NCBI RefSeq assembly: GCF_001194135.2
Contig: NC_068999.1
Coordinates: 3,211,781-3,275,780 of the forward strand
Reading direction: 5' to 3'
From: Octopus bimaculoides
Taxonomy: Eukaryota
DNA: 64,000 bases
The position numbers were made by a program, and so were the translations under genes. Below are positions 26,696 to 37,125 of the stretch, piece after piece. The notes under the pieces are model-generated. The model was not told the origin of the DNA. It saw only the letters and a program-made list of their open reading frames with translations, and did no database searches. The first letter of the stretch is position 1, and each line of letters begins with the position of its first letter.

Positions 26696-28057
26696 ACCCA
26701 CATATCTATCTTTTACTTGTTTCAGTCATTAGACTGTGGCCATGCTGGAGCACTGCTTTAAAGAAAATTTTAGACAGTGAGATGAGTCTTCAACAGTAGA
26801 ATCCCAACAACCCAATGGATTATTCTAAAGTGATCATTCTTGGTGACTTTATTGTCATTGTTTAACCCCAGGTCAATCCTAATTGTACAGGTCTTTAATC
26901 AAATGGTTCTAGTCATGACTGTCCCATAGTGTACCTAGAGTTACATTGTCCACTGTATTCTGTCTTTATTAAGGTGGTAGCGTCTGATTGAGAGGAAAAT
27001 TGGTCGCTGTTTGGAGCAGATCAAGCAATGAAATAGTCGTTCGCAAATTGGTTTGACATTAGTGAAGATGGCGCCAGAGATGTTTAGAAGGGAAGTAATT
27101 TCTGATGAAGCCTTAGACAAGATGTGGTGGTAGTGGTGGGAGTAGATAGATTGTATGAGGAATGGTTTACAGTGAAGCGGAGGGGGTGGGGGTATTGCTT
27201 TATTGGTAACCAGGTGGGTGGGAAGGCAGTTGAAGGCTACTTGAACAGAGGTAATCAACGTTTTTACCTGAGGTAACCACAGAACAGATTGATTTATCTG
27301 TTCTGTTTAACATAACGAGAGATGTGATTTAATTTTCATTGTTAACAAATGTAATTAGAGCAATAATTTTAATTTCAGATAATTTCTTCTTGACTTTATA
27401 TCATCCAGCTGCAGGCATTGCCTTGGGCTAAATGAGCAAAACAGTACAACTCTGTTTGTCCAACACATCTTCTTTAATTATAGAAAACACTGTTTTCATC
27501 AGTTTTTGTCTCTTTACAATCTTTCCTCCTGATTCAATATTGCAGCTGCCATTGCGTTCTCTTGTGTTTACCGTGTCAATAAGTGTGTGTGTGTGCATTC
27601 ACACACACACACACGCACACACACACACACATGATGCAGCCATGCATACAAACACATGAATACATGTGAGTTTGTGCAATCAAACCAGAAAACAGTCAAT
27701 ATTATGAAAATGCAGTTTATTTACATTCAAGGTGAAAAATTCATCATGGCGTAATATACTAATTACTACAAACTTTGTTAGCAATCTTTAATTGAACTTG
27801 TAGCAGTTGAATTACTCAACTTGGAAGTACCTGTAAAATATCTAATGATGAGTGTGTGTGTGTATGTGTGTGCATATGTATGTCAACACACACACACACG
27901 TGTACACACACTTCTTTCCGCCACCTCTTCTCTTTCTTTTCTTTTTTTCTGATGGAGGACTAGTGTCCAAATCATTAATGATCCTGCCTTCAAGTATTAT
28001 ACTAATATCACCCTTTGTTAAAACTTCTCCCTTGGTTTTTTTCTTGTTTTTGCTCAT

Positions 28058-28098
<41 letters not shown>

Positions 28099-29871
28099 TT
28101 GAATTTATTGTGGGCTGAAACTTCACAAATCATTGAGTTCCTCATTGCCAATAATTATGTAAAGACCCGCCACAGGGTGTATCAATTTGTGAAGTTTCAC
28201 CTACCAAGATATCATTATATCACTCTACCTTTTGTATTGAGCTCTTTGTTCCTTGTTTACACTAATATGTATACATACATCAATGTGTTATATGTGCATA
28301 TATGTATATATGCACATACCTGCATTCGTATGTGTGTATATAGGAACATTGTTCAGCTGGAAATGCTTTGTTCAATGGAAAGTCACAATGTTTAAAAGTC
28401 AGTTGTATCACTCAAGTGTCTGTTTATTTTCAGTGTCGTGGACTCACACCTGAGGTAAATACTCTATACACACACAACACATTTCTCTATCGGTGTTGTC
28501 TCTTGGTTGGCTGTTTGTGTCTCTTTGTTGCTTCTTGGCTAATGTAAATATATTTGTTTATGGAGAGCGAGTGTGGGGCGAAGGAGAAAGTGCATGTGTA
28601 CGCAAGAAAGTTGAACTGCAAGTTTTGTACACAAATGCATTTGTATATATATATATATAGATGTGTGCGTGTGTGTGTGTATGTATGTATGTATTCATAT
28701 GGGTACACACTACTGATGGAAGTGTTTCTATGTACCAGTCATACATATCTGGGGTGTGTGATCTTCAGGTTTTTTTTGTTTTTGTTTTTTATTTATGCCA
28801 AGAGAAAGTCTGTGAATGATGAAAATTAAATCAAAGCATGAACCGTACTCAGTATTGTGAAAGCTGTACCATTATTTTGCTGTAAAAGACCAGCTGCTGT
28901 TGTTCTTCCAATGTCTGTGTGCATGACTGCTCAGTGGCCTGCATGTCATCATCTTACCATTTCCAGATATTCCATTTTGTAAAAGAAATTCTTAAGAAAT
29001 TATTTAAAAATGTAATTGAATGAACTGCTAAAGTTTTTAATCTGAAGTGATGTTAGATTGTTGGAAGTTATAAGCTTAAATTCTTTATGTGTGTATATAT
29101 GTGTGTGTGTATTGTTTTTAGATGGTTTCTTTGTTTCTTAAACTTTATATGAATGTCTTTAACTCTCTTATTTTTTAACCATTCTGTTTTTTTTTACATC
29201 CTGTTTGTGGCACCAACACCACTTTATATTTTTCTTCAGCTTTTTTTTTAGGTTCTATTTTTTTTTTTTTTCTATTTCTTCCATTACTTTTTCTTTGGGT
29301 CTCTTCATTGATTATGTTTCATAATAATGAAGAATTGGTCTTCACTGTTTTCCAGGATACACACACATTCTCTTCTCCCCAATGAAATACATTGAATTCT
29401 TTGGCATGCTATGAATTTTCTTGATGTAATTTTATTCCTTTATTCACAGCACCATTCTAAGAATGCAAAGACCTGCTGTCACTTTATTGCTAGAATAATA
29501 AAATCCAACATTAATTTAATTTGAATTGCATTAAAAAATCATCCAAAATGAACAAAACTGTCTCACTGTTTTGTTGACCTTCCTTTAACTAATACCAAAG
29601 CTTTCACCCAATTAGGCAAAGATTTAATTAAATAATCAATGATTGACTGAGCCATGTTTACTCATTCCTCAGTCGATGCTTCTGTTCTCTAATTGATGGG
29701 ATTTTGGCTGATCTTCCTTGCAGCCTTCTCTCAAAATATTCTTCTGTGTTCTATTGGAGTAAGATTGGGTATTTGAACAATTCAGTTCAGCGATTCAGTT
29801 CTGTGAATTCTTTTCCAAACTTGTGATACCTTGTTTGTATGATATGGGGCATTCCATCAACTAAATTGATA

Positions 29872-30138
29872 GTTCCATATTTAAGAGATGAGGAATTACT
29901 TACATTATTTACATTTGACGGATATTTGTCCTCATCTTGTTTGTTGTTAACAACAACGTTTTGGCTGATGTAATAATAATAATAATAATAATAATAACAA
30001 CAACAACATCGAAAAATACCTAGGAATGAGAACCCAGGTTCGAAATTTCCCCAAGACACCTGATGAAGGCTGGAGGGTATATCAGCCGAAACGTTGTGTT
30101 AACAACAAAGATGAGGACAAATATCCGTCAAATGTAAA
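29872..30138. mobile_element. Penelope-like pseudo-LTR fragment with an inverted 5'-truncated copy
   Basis: 29907-29969 is the reverse complement of 30081-30138; the plus copy carries a minimal hammerhead. Confidence 0.7.
30055..30100 (+). ncRNA. Minimal type I hammerhead ribozyme
   Basis: GACAC-CTGATGA-A-GGCTG(gagggtatat)CAGCC-GAAA-C-GTT-GTGTT: stem I GACAC/GTGTT, stem II GGCTG/CAGCC, palindromic stem III AACGTT; predicted cleavage after 30095 (GUU). Confidence 0.75.
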
Positions 30139-30943
30139 TTGATAACATTTAAAAAATATTCCAGTGATTATGTGTAGGTGTGTATAAATAAACAAACATA
30201 TTTCAAAAATGTAGCACTGTCATGTTTTTACATTCATACTATGGTGATTTTTTACCTGTGCATATATATGTGCATGCACACACACACACACAATATCCCA
30301 TGTATACATCAGCACACATACATTGTTTCATGTGGATGCCTGCTCCATGAATAACTGAAACCTGTTTGAATGTCAGACTTTAATTGAAAGGTGTATAAAA
30401 AAGCCATGGAAGAATGCAACAAGTGACGTCAAGGTAGGGGAGTAATGAATTAAGCTGGATGAGTGATGGATAAAGAAAAAGTGGTAATAAATGTTGGTGA
30501 TTAAAAATTTTTCTTTATCTAAATAAGAAAATATAATAAAAATTTGTTAAACTCCTATAAATTTATAAAAATATTGTAAATTAAAATTGATTTTTTAAAA
30601 ATGGTTTTTAAAAAAAGTGAAGATAAAATGAAGCAAAATTGATTTTAAAACAACTTCAGGTAAAGTGAACAAAAATTGAGAAAAGAGTATTGGTGCTAGT
30701 AGATCATGGAATCAGGGAACCAGAACACCAAAATAAGGCAGTAAGGGTCGGGGTTGCTTGAATGGATGGGCAGAGTTACCAGAAGTGACAAAACCTTTTC
30801 AGAAAGGAGTTTACAAAAGTTAAGATGACTGTAAAAACATCAGTGTTTTTATCTGAGCAAAAGTAACATCAATATTCTTTTCTCCTCTGTTTTTAAAGTT
30901 ATCATTTTGATTTTAATTTTTATCTTGAAGAATTCGTTTAAAT

Positions 30944-31257
30944 CAGAGGTTCACAAACTTTTTGGCCCCCCCCCCCTCCATGGCCACATAATACCCCTCA
31001 GTGACCCCATCCCTATTTTTATGTATAAATAGATATTTTACTAATTTATATATACTATGAATCATTTGATATTTAATATAATATTATATAATTTGTATAC
31101 AATACTATAATAATATTATAATAAATTCATAGCGTCCCCCAATCCATTGCTTTCCTCCCAATGCCTCCTTTTTTCCTACTGCCCCCTTAGGCGCCAATGC
31201 CCCCCTGGACCGTCTCAATGCCCACTGGGGTGGGAGCACCCACTCTGGGAACCTATG
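30944..31257. mobile_element. hAT-type MITE with perfect 8-bp TSD
   Basis: TIRs CAGAGGTTCACAAA / TCTGGGAACCTATG; GTTTAAAT duplicated at 30936-30943 and 31258-31265. Confidence 0.88.
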
Positions 31258-32959
31258 GTTTAAATGAATAAAAGCTCTTTGGTGGTTGTTATGCCCTCTA
31301 ACACTAAAACGAAAGCACATTATGCACCGGGCTGCAAATATGAGAATATGGCATGCACGAGACTCTTGACCCATGAGTCACTTTGTAACTTCTGCCAATT
31401 TTAAAAATAAAATATACACATGTATTGAGTTCTATCTATCATGTTTGTACTACTAAACCTATAAATGTGTGTGTGTCTATATATTATTTACTTTTCCATT
31501 AAGGTTAGATCGATACAAAAACTACTCCAGCTAGTGAGCGATAAATATTATTTATTTATTTATATGGTGTACATATATATGAACACACACAAACACACAC
31601 ACACACACACATATTTGCATGTGGTTGTCTTGGTACATTGCTTTAGTTGGTAGCGATGGGACCCTAACTTATTGAAGTGAACCCTGTCCCCTCCTGTTTA
31701 CTACTTCTAATCACAATATGAAGAAGAATGTGTTCTTTTATTCTCTGTATTTCTTTTCTTCTACAAATGGTTCTCTAAATGGTAAACCCCTGTATTGTTA
31801 TCCAGATTCTTAATAAATCGTATCTTACAATTGTTACAAACGTTCTTGTAAAACGGTAAATGGTACCTGTAATCATTATTGAGATTTCTAAAATGTGAGA
31901 AGCATTGAATGCAGCTGATCAATAATCTATTAGCTAACTGTCTTTGAGTGAAAACATACAACTGGTGCCAGCCACCACAGAATCTTCAGTTTGGAACATT
32001 CTTTAGTTGTGTGTGTGAAAGAGAGAATTTTCTTGTATATCTTTTGTATATTGAGATTATAGAAAGGAGTGTGGAGGTGGAGGTGTGGTGTAATGTCTGG
32101 TTTTGGAATTTATCAATTGGAAACAGACCAAAGTGAATGGAGAAGCTGAATGAAATAGGACGAAAGCAGCACCAAATTACTAGTTCCATCTCCCTATGTC
32201 AGTACACCAAACTGATATCATATTAATGATAATAATCAACCTTTTCAAAAAATTTTTCTTTCTTTTTATTTTCTTTTTTTTTTTTGCTTTCTTTCAATGT
32301 CAGCTTTTCTAGCATTTTGCTGCAGCTTTTTTTTATTTTTATTTTTTTAATAATTTTTTTTTTTTTTGTCAGTTTTATTCTTTAATCAATACCCTTCTAG
32401 ACCTGAAGAGACAAGTTCAATTTCTATAATAGCTTAAACTTGTCTTATAGTTATTGTCTCATTGCTACTAGAGATCTAAAGTGCTGTAAAAATATTTTTT
32501 CACTGGATTAAGAATTCCTGGTGTTGTGTGGCCTTTTTTTTTTTTTTTTTGTAGAATATCCAATCTGTTATGTTTCTGTGGTGCCATTATGTTTTGGTTA
32601 GACTGTTCTCAGTCTGTGTTTCCTCCTCCTCTTCCTCCTCCTCCTCCTGACTTCACTGGTCTCAGGGTTGTGAAGGCCTTGACAAAATACTCTCACTGTG
32701 ATTTAGCATTCTGAAGCTTGATATTGATTTCTGATCAAAGGAATTATCAAGAATCCTTGTAGGTGTCTCTGCTGTAGTTTTGGTGACGACTGAGTTCTTC
32801 CAAACTGATTTCCCCAATGTCACATGACATCAAGCTGCTATTTCATTGGCTGTGTCCTACGACTATAGATTATGGGATGTTATTTGAGCTTCAAGTGTCT
32901 GAAGCTGTTGTTGTTGCAAGGGTTGTGGTGTGGCCAGAGTGAGGTTTCTGTGGAATATG

Positions 32960-33260
32960 GTTGCCTTTGTTTGGCCCAAGGTCATTGCTGACCTAGCAGA
33001 CCTATGATCAAAGACATTCCAACAATGACCCTCACATCTTTTTCCTTTTTTTTTTAAGGGAACCCAGTACTCTGTTATCTAATGTATATTTTCTTGTTTT
33101 TGTTTAGCCCAAAGTCAACTGTGATCAAATATATCCAACCATGACCACCCTCCTTTTTTTTTTCAGACTGCATTATTCAGTGTGTCCATCTTTTCTATGA
33201 CTGTATGATATAATTTGTAAAATATTTGATTGCTATTTGTAGCCGGTTGAGCAACCATAT
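32960..33260 (-). mobile_element. Family E repeat, two adjacent pieces
   Basis: cccaaggtca...gacctatgatcaaagacattccaacaatgacc, with a similar second piece at ~33105. Confidence 0.6.
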
Positions 33261-33924
33261 TGTGACTCCTTTACTGTGATTGGTCAGTTGTTCCCTTACT
33301 GCCATGGTCAGCTTGGTTCAAATTCTGGTCCCTTCCCTAAGTACATCAGTACCCTACTTTATGCAATTCAACTATAATTAACCTTACTGCATAGGTCACT
33401 TAATCAAATAATTAATTTATTTGCATCAAATTACAAACCGTCCTCTTCATCTTTAATCTCCGTTCACTTTTGTGTTTTGGTATGTTTATTTTTCTAATTA
33501 CTTGATTAGTTTCATCAAATTATTTCCTGATTTATATCAGATTTAATTAAATCTCAGGAGCAGAAACCATTTTGTCTCCACTCTCAACTATTGTTATGTT
33601 GTTTGATGTTGTTTACAGACCGACTGCAAATTGGTGTTTCATTTTGTGAGCCAGGAGCCAGGCAGTAATAGCGTGTTGTCAGTTCTTTTATGTTGACAAA
33701 CTAAACAGATGTCACACCGAGACACAATGACACCATGTTTTTATGTGTGTCTATATAAACCCCGCTCTATTGTAGAAGGACACCAGACAATAATTAGAAT
33801 ATTTTAGAGTTCAACAAGAGAAATAACAGGATTGCCAGTGTTTTGTAGTTTTTAAAAACCCAGTTTGTTGATTTGATTAAAATAATAAAATGAATATCTG
33901 TCATTATTATCAGGATAATCATCA

Positions 33925-34035
33925 CGTGGAGGCCCGTGGCTTTGTGGTTAGGGTGTTGGACTGATGATCATAAGATTGTAGGTTCGATTCTTGGACCAGG
34001 CGATGCATTGTGTCCTTAAGCAAAACACTTCATTT
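33925..34035 (+). mobile_element. SINE family C head
   Basis: gtggttagggtgttggac...ggttcgattc...caaaacactt. Confidence 0.65.
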
Positions 34036-34147
34036 TCCTCTCTATCTTTTTCTCTCTCCCTCTTTTTTTCTCCCTCCCTCTTTTCTCTCTCCCTTTTTCT
34101 CTCTAATCACATGATGGCTTTACCAATGGGCTAAGTAACAGAATGAT

Positions 34148-34325
34148 TATAAGATAATGATTTCAAATTTTGGCACAGGGCCGGCTATTTCGGGGGAGAG
34201 AGGTAAGTTGATTCCATCTACCCCAGTACTCAACCGGTACTCATTTTATGAACACTGAAAGGATAACTCGACCTCGGTGGAATCTGAACTCAGAAAAATG
34301 AAGACAAACAAAATGCTGCTAAGCT
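34148..34325 (-). mobile_element. SINE family A
   Basis: Reverse complement of the family A body. Confidence 0.75.
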
Positions 34326-34974
34326 CACCACCTTAATAATAATAACAACAATAATATTAATAATAATAATAATAATAATAATCACCTGGATTATTATCCT
34401 TATTTTTTATCAATTTCTCAGTTCTTGATAAAAGTTTCCAAAATCTGTAAATCAATATTTCTCCATGCATCTATTTTCCTCAAAGACCTGCTCAGTCAAC
34501 TGTTGTGGTACCTGCCACGATTGAACCAAGCTTATTATCTCTGTATCACATGTTGATGCCCGAAGTCAGTTTCTCTCTGTAAACCACAGCCTATTGGAAT
34601 TCAAGTGAAAGTAGGAGGCTGGTTTCCAAGAGAGGAACAGAGCTCTCTCGCAGGAATTTAGATAAAAGTAATAGTCACATGCCGAAGGTTATGAAAGTTC
34701 TGTGGATGAGACAGATATCTATATTGGGATCTGTATTGATTTCCATATGGCTGTCGATACAGATATCTGTATCAACGTCGATATTGATAAGATATGTAAG
34801 TGTAGCAAACCTTATACTGTGCCTACCTGCTGGTCTTTGGTCTTTCCTTATCCTATCCAGAATATCATATTCTCCTTTTCTGAATTCCTGCTATTGAAGT
34901 GAGATCTTTATCAAATTATTTCCTTTACATCCTCATGGCCGACAGTGTTTTCAGTGCTGCCATCTTCAGTAGTA

Positions 34975-35495
34975 CTCTTTTACTTATTTCAGACTGTGGC
35001 CATGTTGGAGCACTACCTTAAATCGAGGAAATCGACTCCAAGATTTATTCTTTGTAAGCCTAGTACTTATTCTATCGGTCGCTTTTGCCGAACTGCTAAG
35101 TTACGGGGACGTAAACACACCAGCATTGGCTGTCAAGCAATGTTGGGNNNNNNNNNNNNNNNNNNNNNNNNNNNNNNNNNNNNNNNNNNNNNNNNNNNNN
35201 NNNNNNNNNNNNNNNNNNNNNNNNNNNNNNNNNNNNNNNNNNNNNNNNNNNNNNNNNNNNNNNNNNNNNNNNNNNNNNNNNNNNNNNNNNNNNNNNNNNN
35301 NNNNNNNNNNNNNNNNNNNNNNNNNNNNNGAGACAAACACAGACACACACATATATATACATATACATATATACAATGGGCTTCTTTCAATTTCCGTCTA
35401 CCAAATCCACTCACAAGGCTTTGGTTGGCCCGAGGCTATAGTAGAAGACACTTGCCCAAAGCGCCACGCAGTATGACTGAACCCGGAACCATGCA
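34975..35495 (-). mobile_element. SINE family B with an N gap in its central microsatellite
   Basis: Both halves match family B. Confidence 0.85.
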
Positions 35496-35789
35496 GTTCA
35501 AGTTATTCTCATGAAACCTAAACAAGTGGAGGGAGCATAGTACGCTTTCATATTTTAAAGTGTTTGTCTCCTTTGAACTGTATTTGTTTATCAACAACTG
35601 ACCCCATTAGAGGAATCACCAACTTGTGTCTTTAATGACCAATTGTTTTTTTTTTCTGAGTAGCCTCTGGTCAGTTCAGATTCAACAGATCTGTGCATTT
35701 ATCATCGTAGATATTCTTGTTGTGACCATCTCTCCTTTTAAATATTTTGGGCAACATTGTCTGATGTTTGTTTTTAGTTGAGACAGTAA

Positions 35790-36136
35790 AGGGTAATGAT
35801 CCCCTTTGGTCAAGAATGACTATGGGATTGCATCTAGAAAGTTCCCCTCTGAGGTACAAGTCCAGGCAAGGTTGTTTATGGAAGACCAGCAGTCGCCCAT
35901 GCATACCAGCCTCTCCTCTCTCTTTGCTGCTGATGTTATCCAAGGGAAAGGCAAAGGGGCCGATACAGCTTGGCACCAGTGATGTCGCAACTCATTTCTT
36001 CTACAGAGTGAACTGGAGCAATGTGAAATAAAGTGTCTTGCTCAAGAACACAACACACAGCCTGGTCCGGGAATTGAACTCACTACATCATGATCGTGAG
36101 CCTGATGCTCTAACCACTGAGCCATGCCCCTTCACT
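35790..36136 (-). mobile_element. SINE family C, full length
   Basis: Homologous to 10405-10740. Confidence 0.85.
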
Positions 36137-36791
36137 TGAGACAGTAGGGTGTTATTTAACGGTGCTTTGGCTGCTATTTCTAGTATGCAGAGAGACCACA
36201 CATGTTCTTTCATCATTGGCTCTAGACCTGTCTTATAGTAGACTCCTGGGTGTTGAGTCTCCACTTCAATTGTACTGCCACCCACCCACCCACGACACCT
36301 AATCAACATCATTGCTCTATTCTTCCAGTCTCTTTTCATCACCTGCCATTCCACATCTGTTCTCCATCAAACTTGACATTGCCTTCCCGCCCCTACCCCA
36401 CCCCACGCGCCTCATTCCTATTGTCATCCAGTATTCTACATGTTACCGTTTCTTGGTTATCAAGTAGGCAAGTTGGTGGTGATGGTGGTGGTGGTGGAGA
36501 CAGTTAAATTACAGTTGTACATCAAAAAGGTGAGCTCAGAGGGTAGATAGGCTGTGTGGGTGGAGGGGGGCATTCTATTTCGGTCTGTGAAGGAAGTGTG
36601 TGTAGGGGGGAGGGGTTTGGAGGGTAGCCCCCCCTCCCACTCACCCACCTCACCTCTTACAACTCTGCATGACATTTCAGATGGAAGCAGTTGAAAATGA
36701 AAACCATCTGCAAAATAAAATAGAATTTTTTTTTGTGTGGTATGTATCTGTATACATGTGCATGTGTACCTTAACATAAGCATATTCACTC

Positions 36792-36794
<3 letters not shown>

Positions 36795-36828
<34 letters not shown>

Positions 36829-37125
36829 AATATATAGAAATGTGTGTGTGTATATATATATATAGAGAGAGAGAGAGAAAGAGAGAGAGAGAAATGTGTG
36901 TGTATACATATATAGAAATATATGTGTGTGTTTGTGTATATATGTATACATATATAGAAATGTGTGTGTGTGTGTATGCATACAAACATAGAAATATATA
37001 TGTGTGTGTGTATATGTGTACATACATAGAAATATATATATCTGTGTATGTGTATAGGTAATGTATGTCTGTATGTATGTATGTATGTATGTATGTATGT
37101 ATGTATGTATGTGTGTAAGTATGTG
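36795..37125. repeat. Compound (TG)/(TA)/(AG)/(TATG) tract with recurring atatagaaat
   Basis: Directly visible. Confidence 0.9.

Noticed and set aside
27842-28057. Minus-strand Lys-rich ORF MSKNKKK...
   Set aside because: Bounded by microsatellites, basic runs come from T-rich tracts, no splice signals.
33619-33645. 27-nt microexon-like unit
   Set aside because: Weak donor context (TTT|GTGAGC) and acceptor; chance level.
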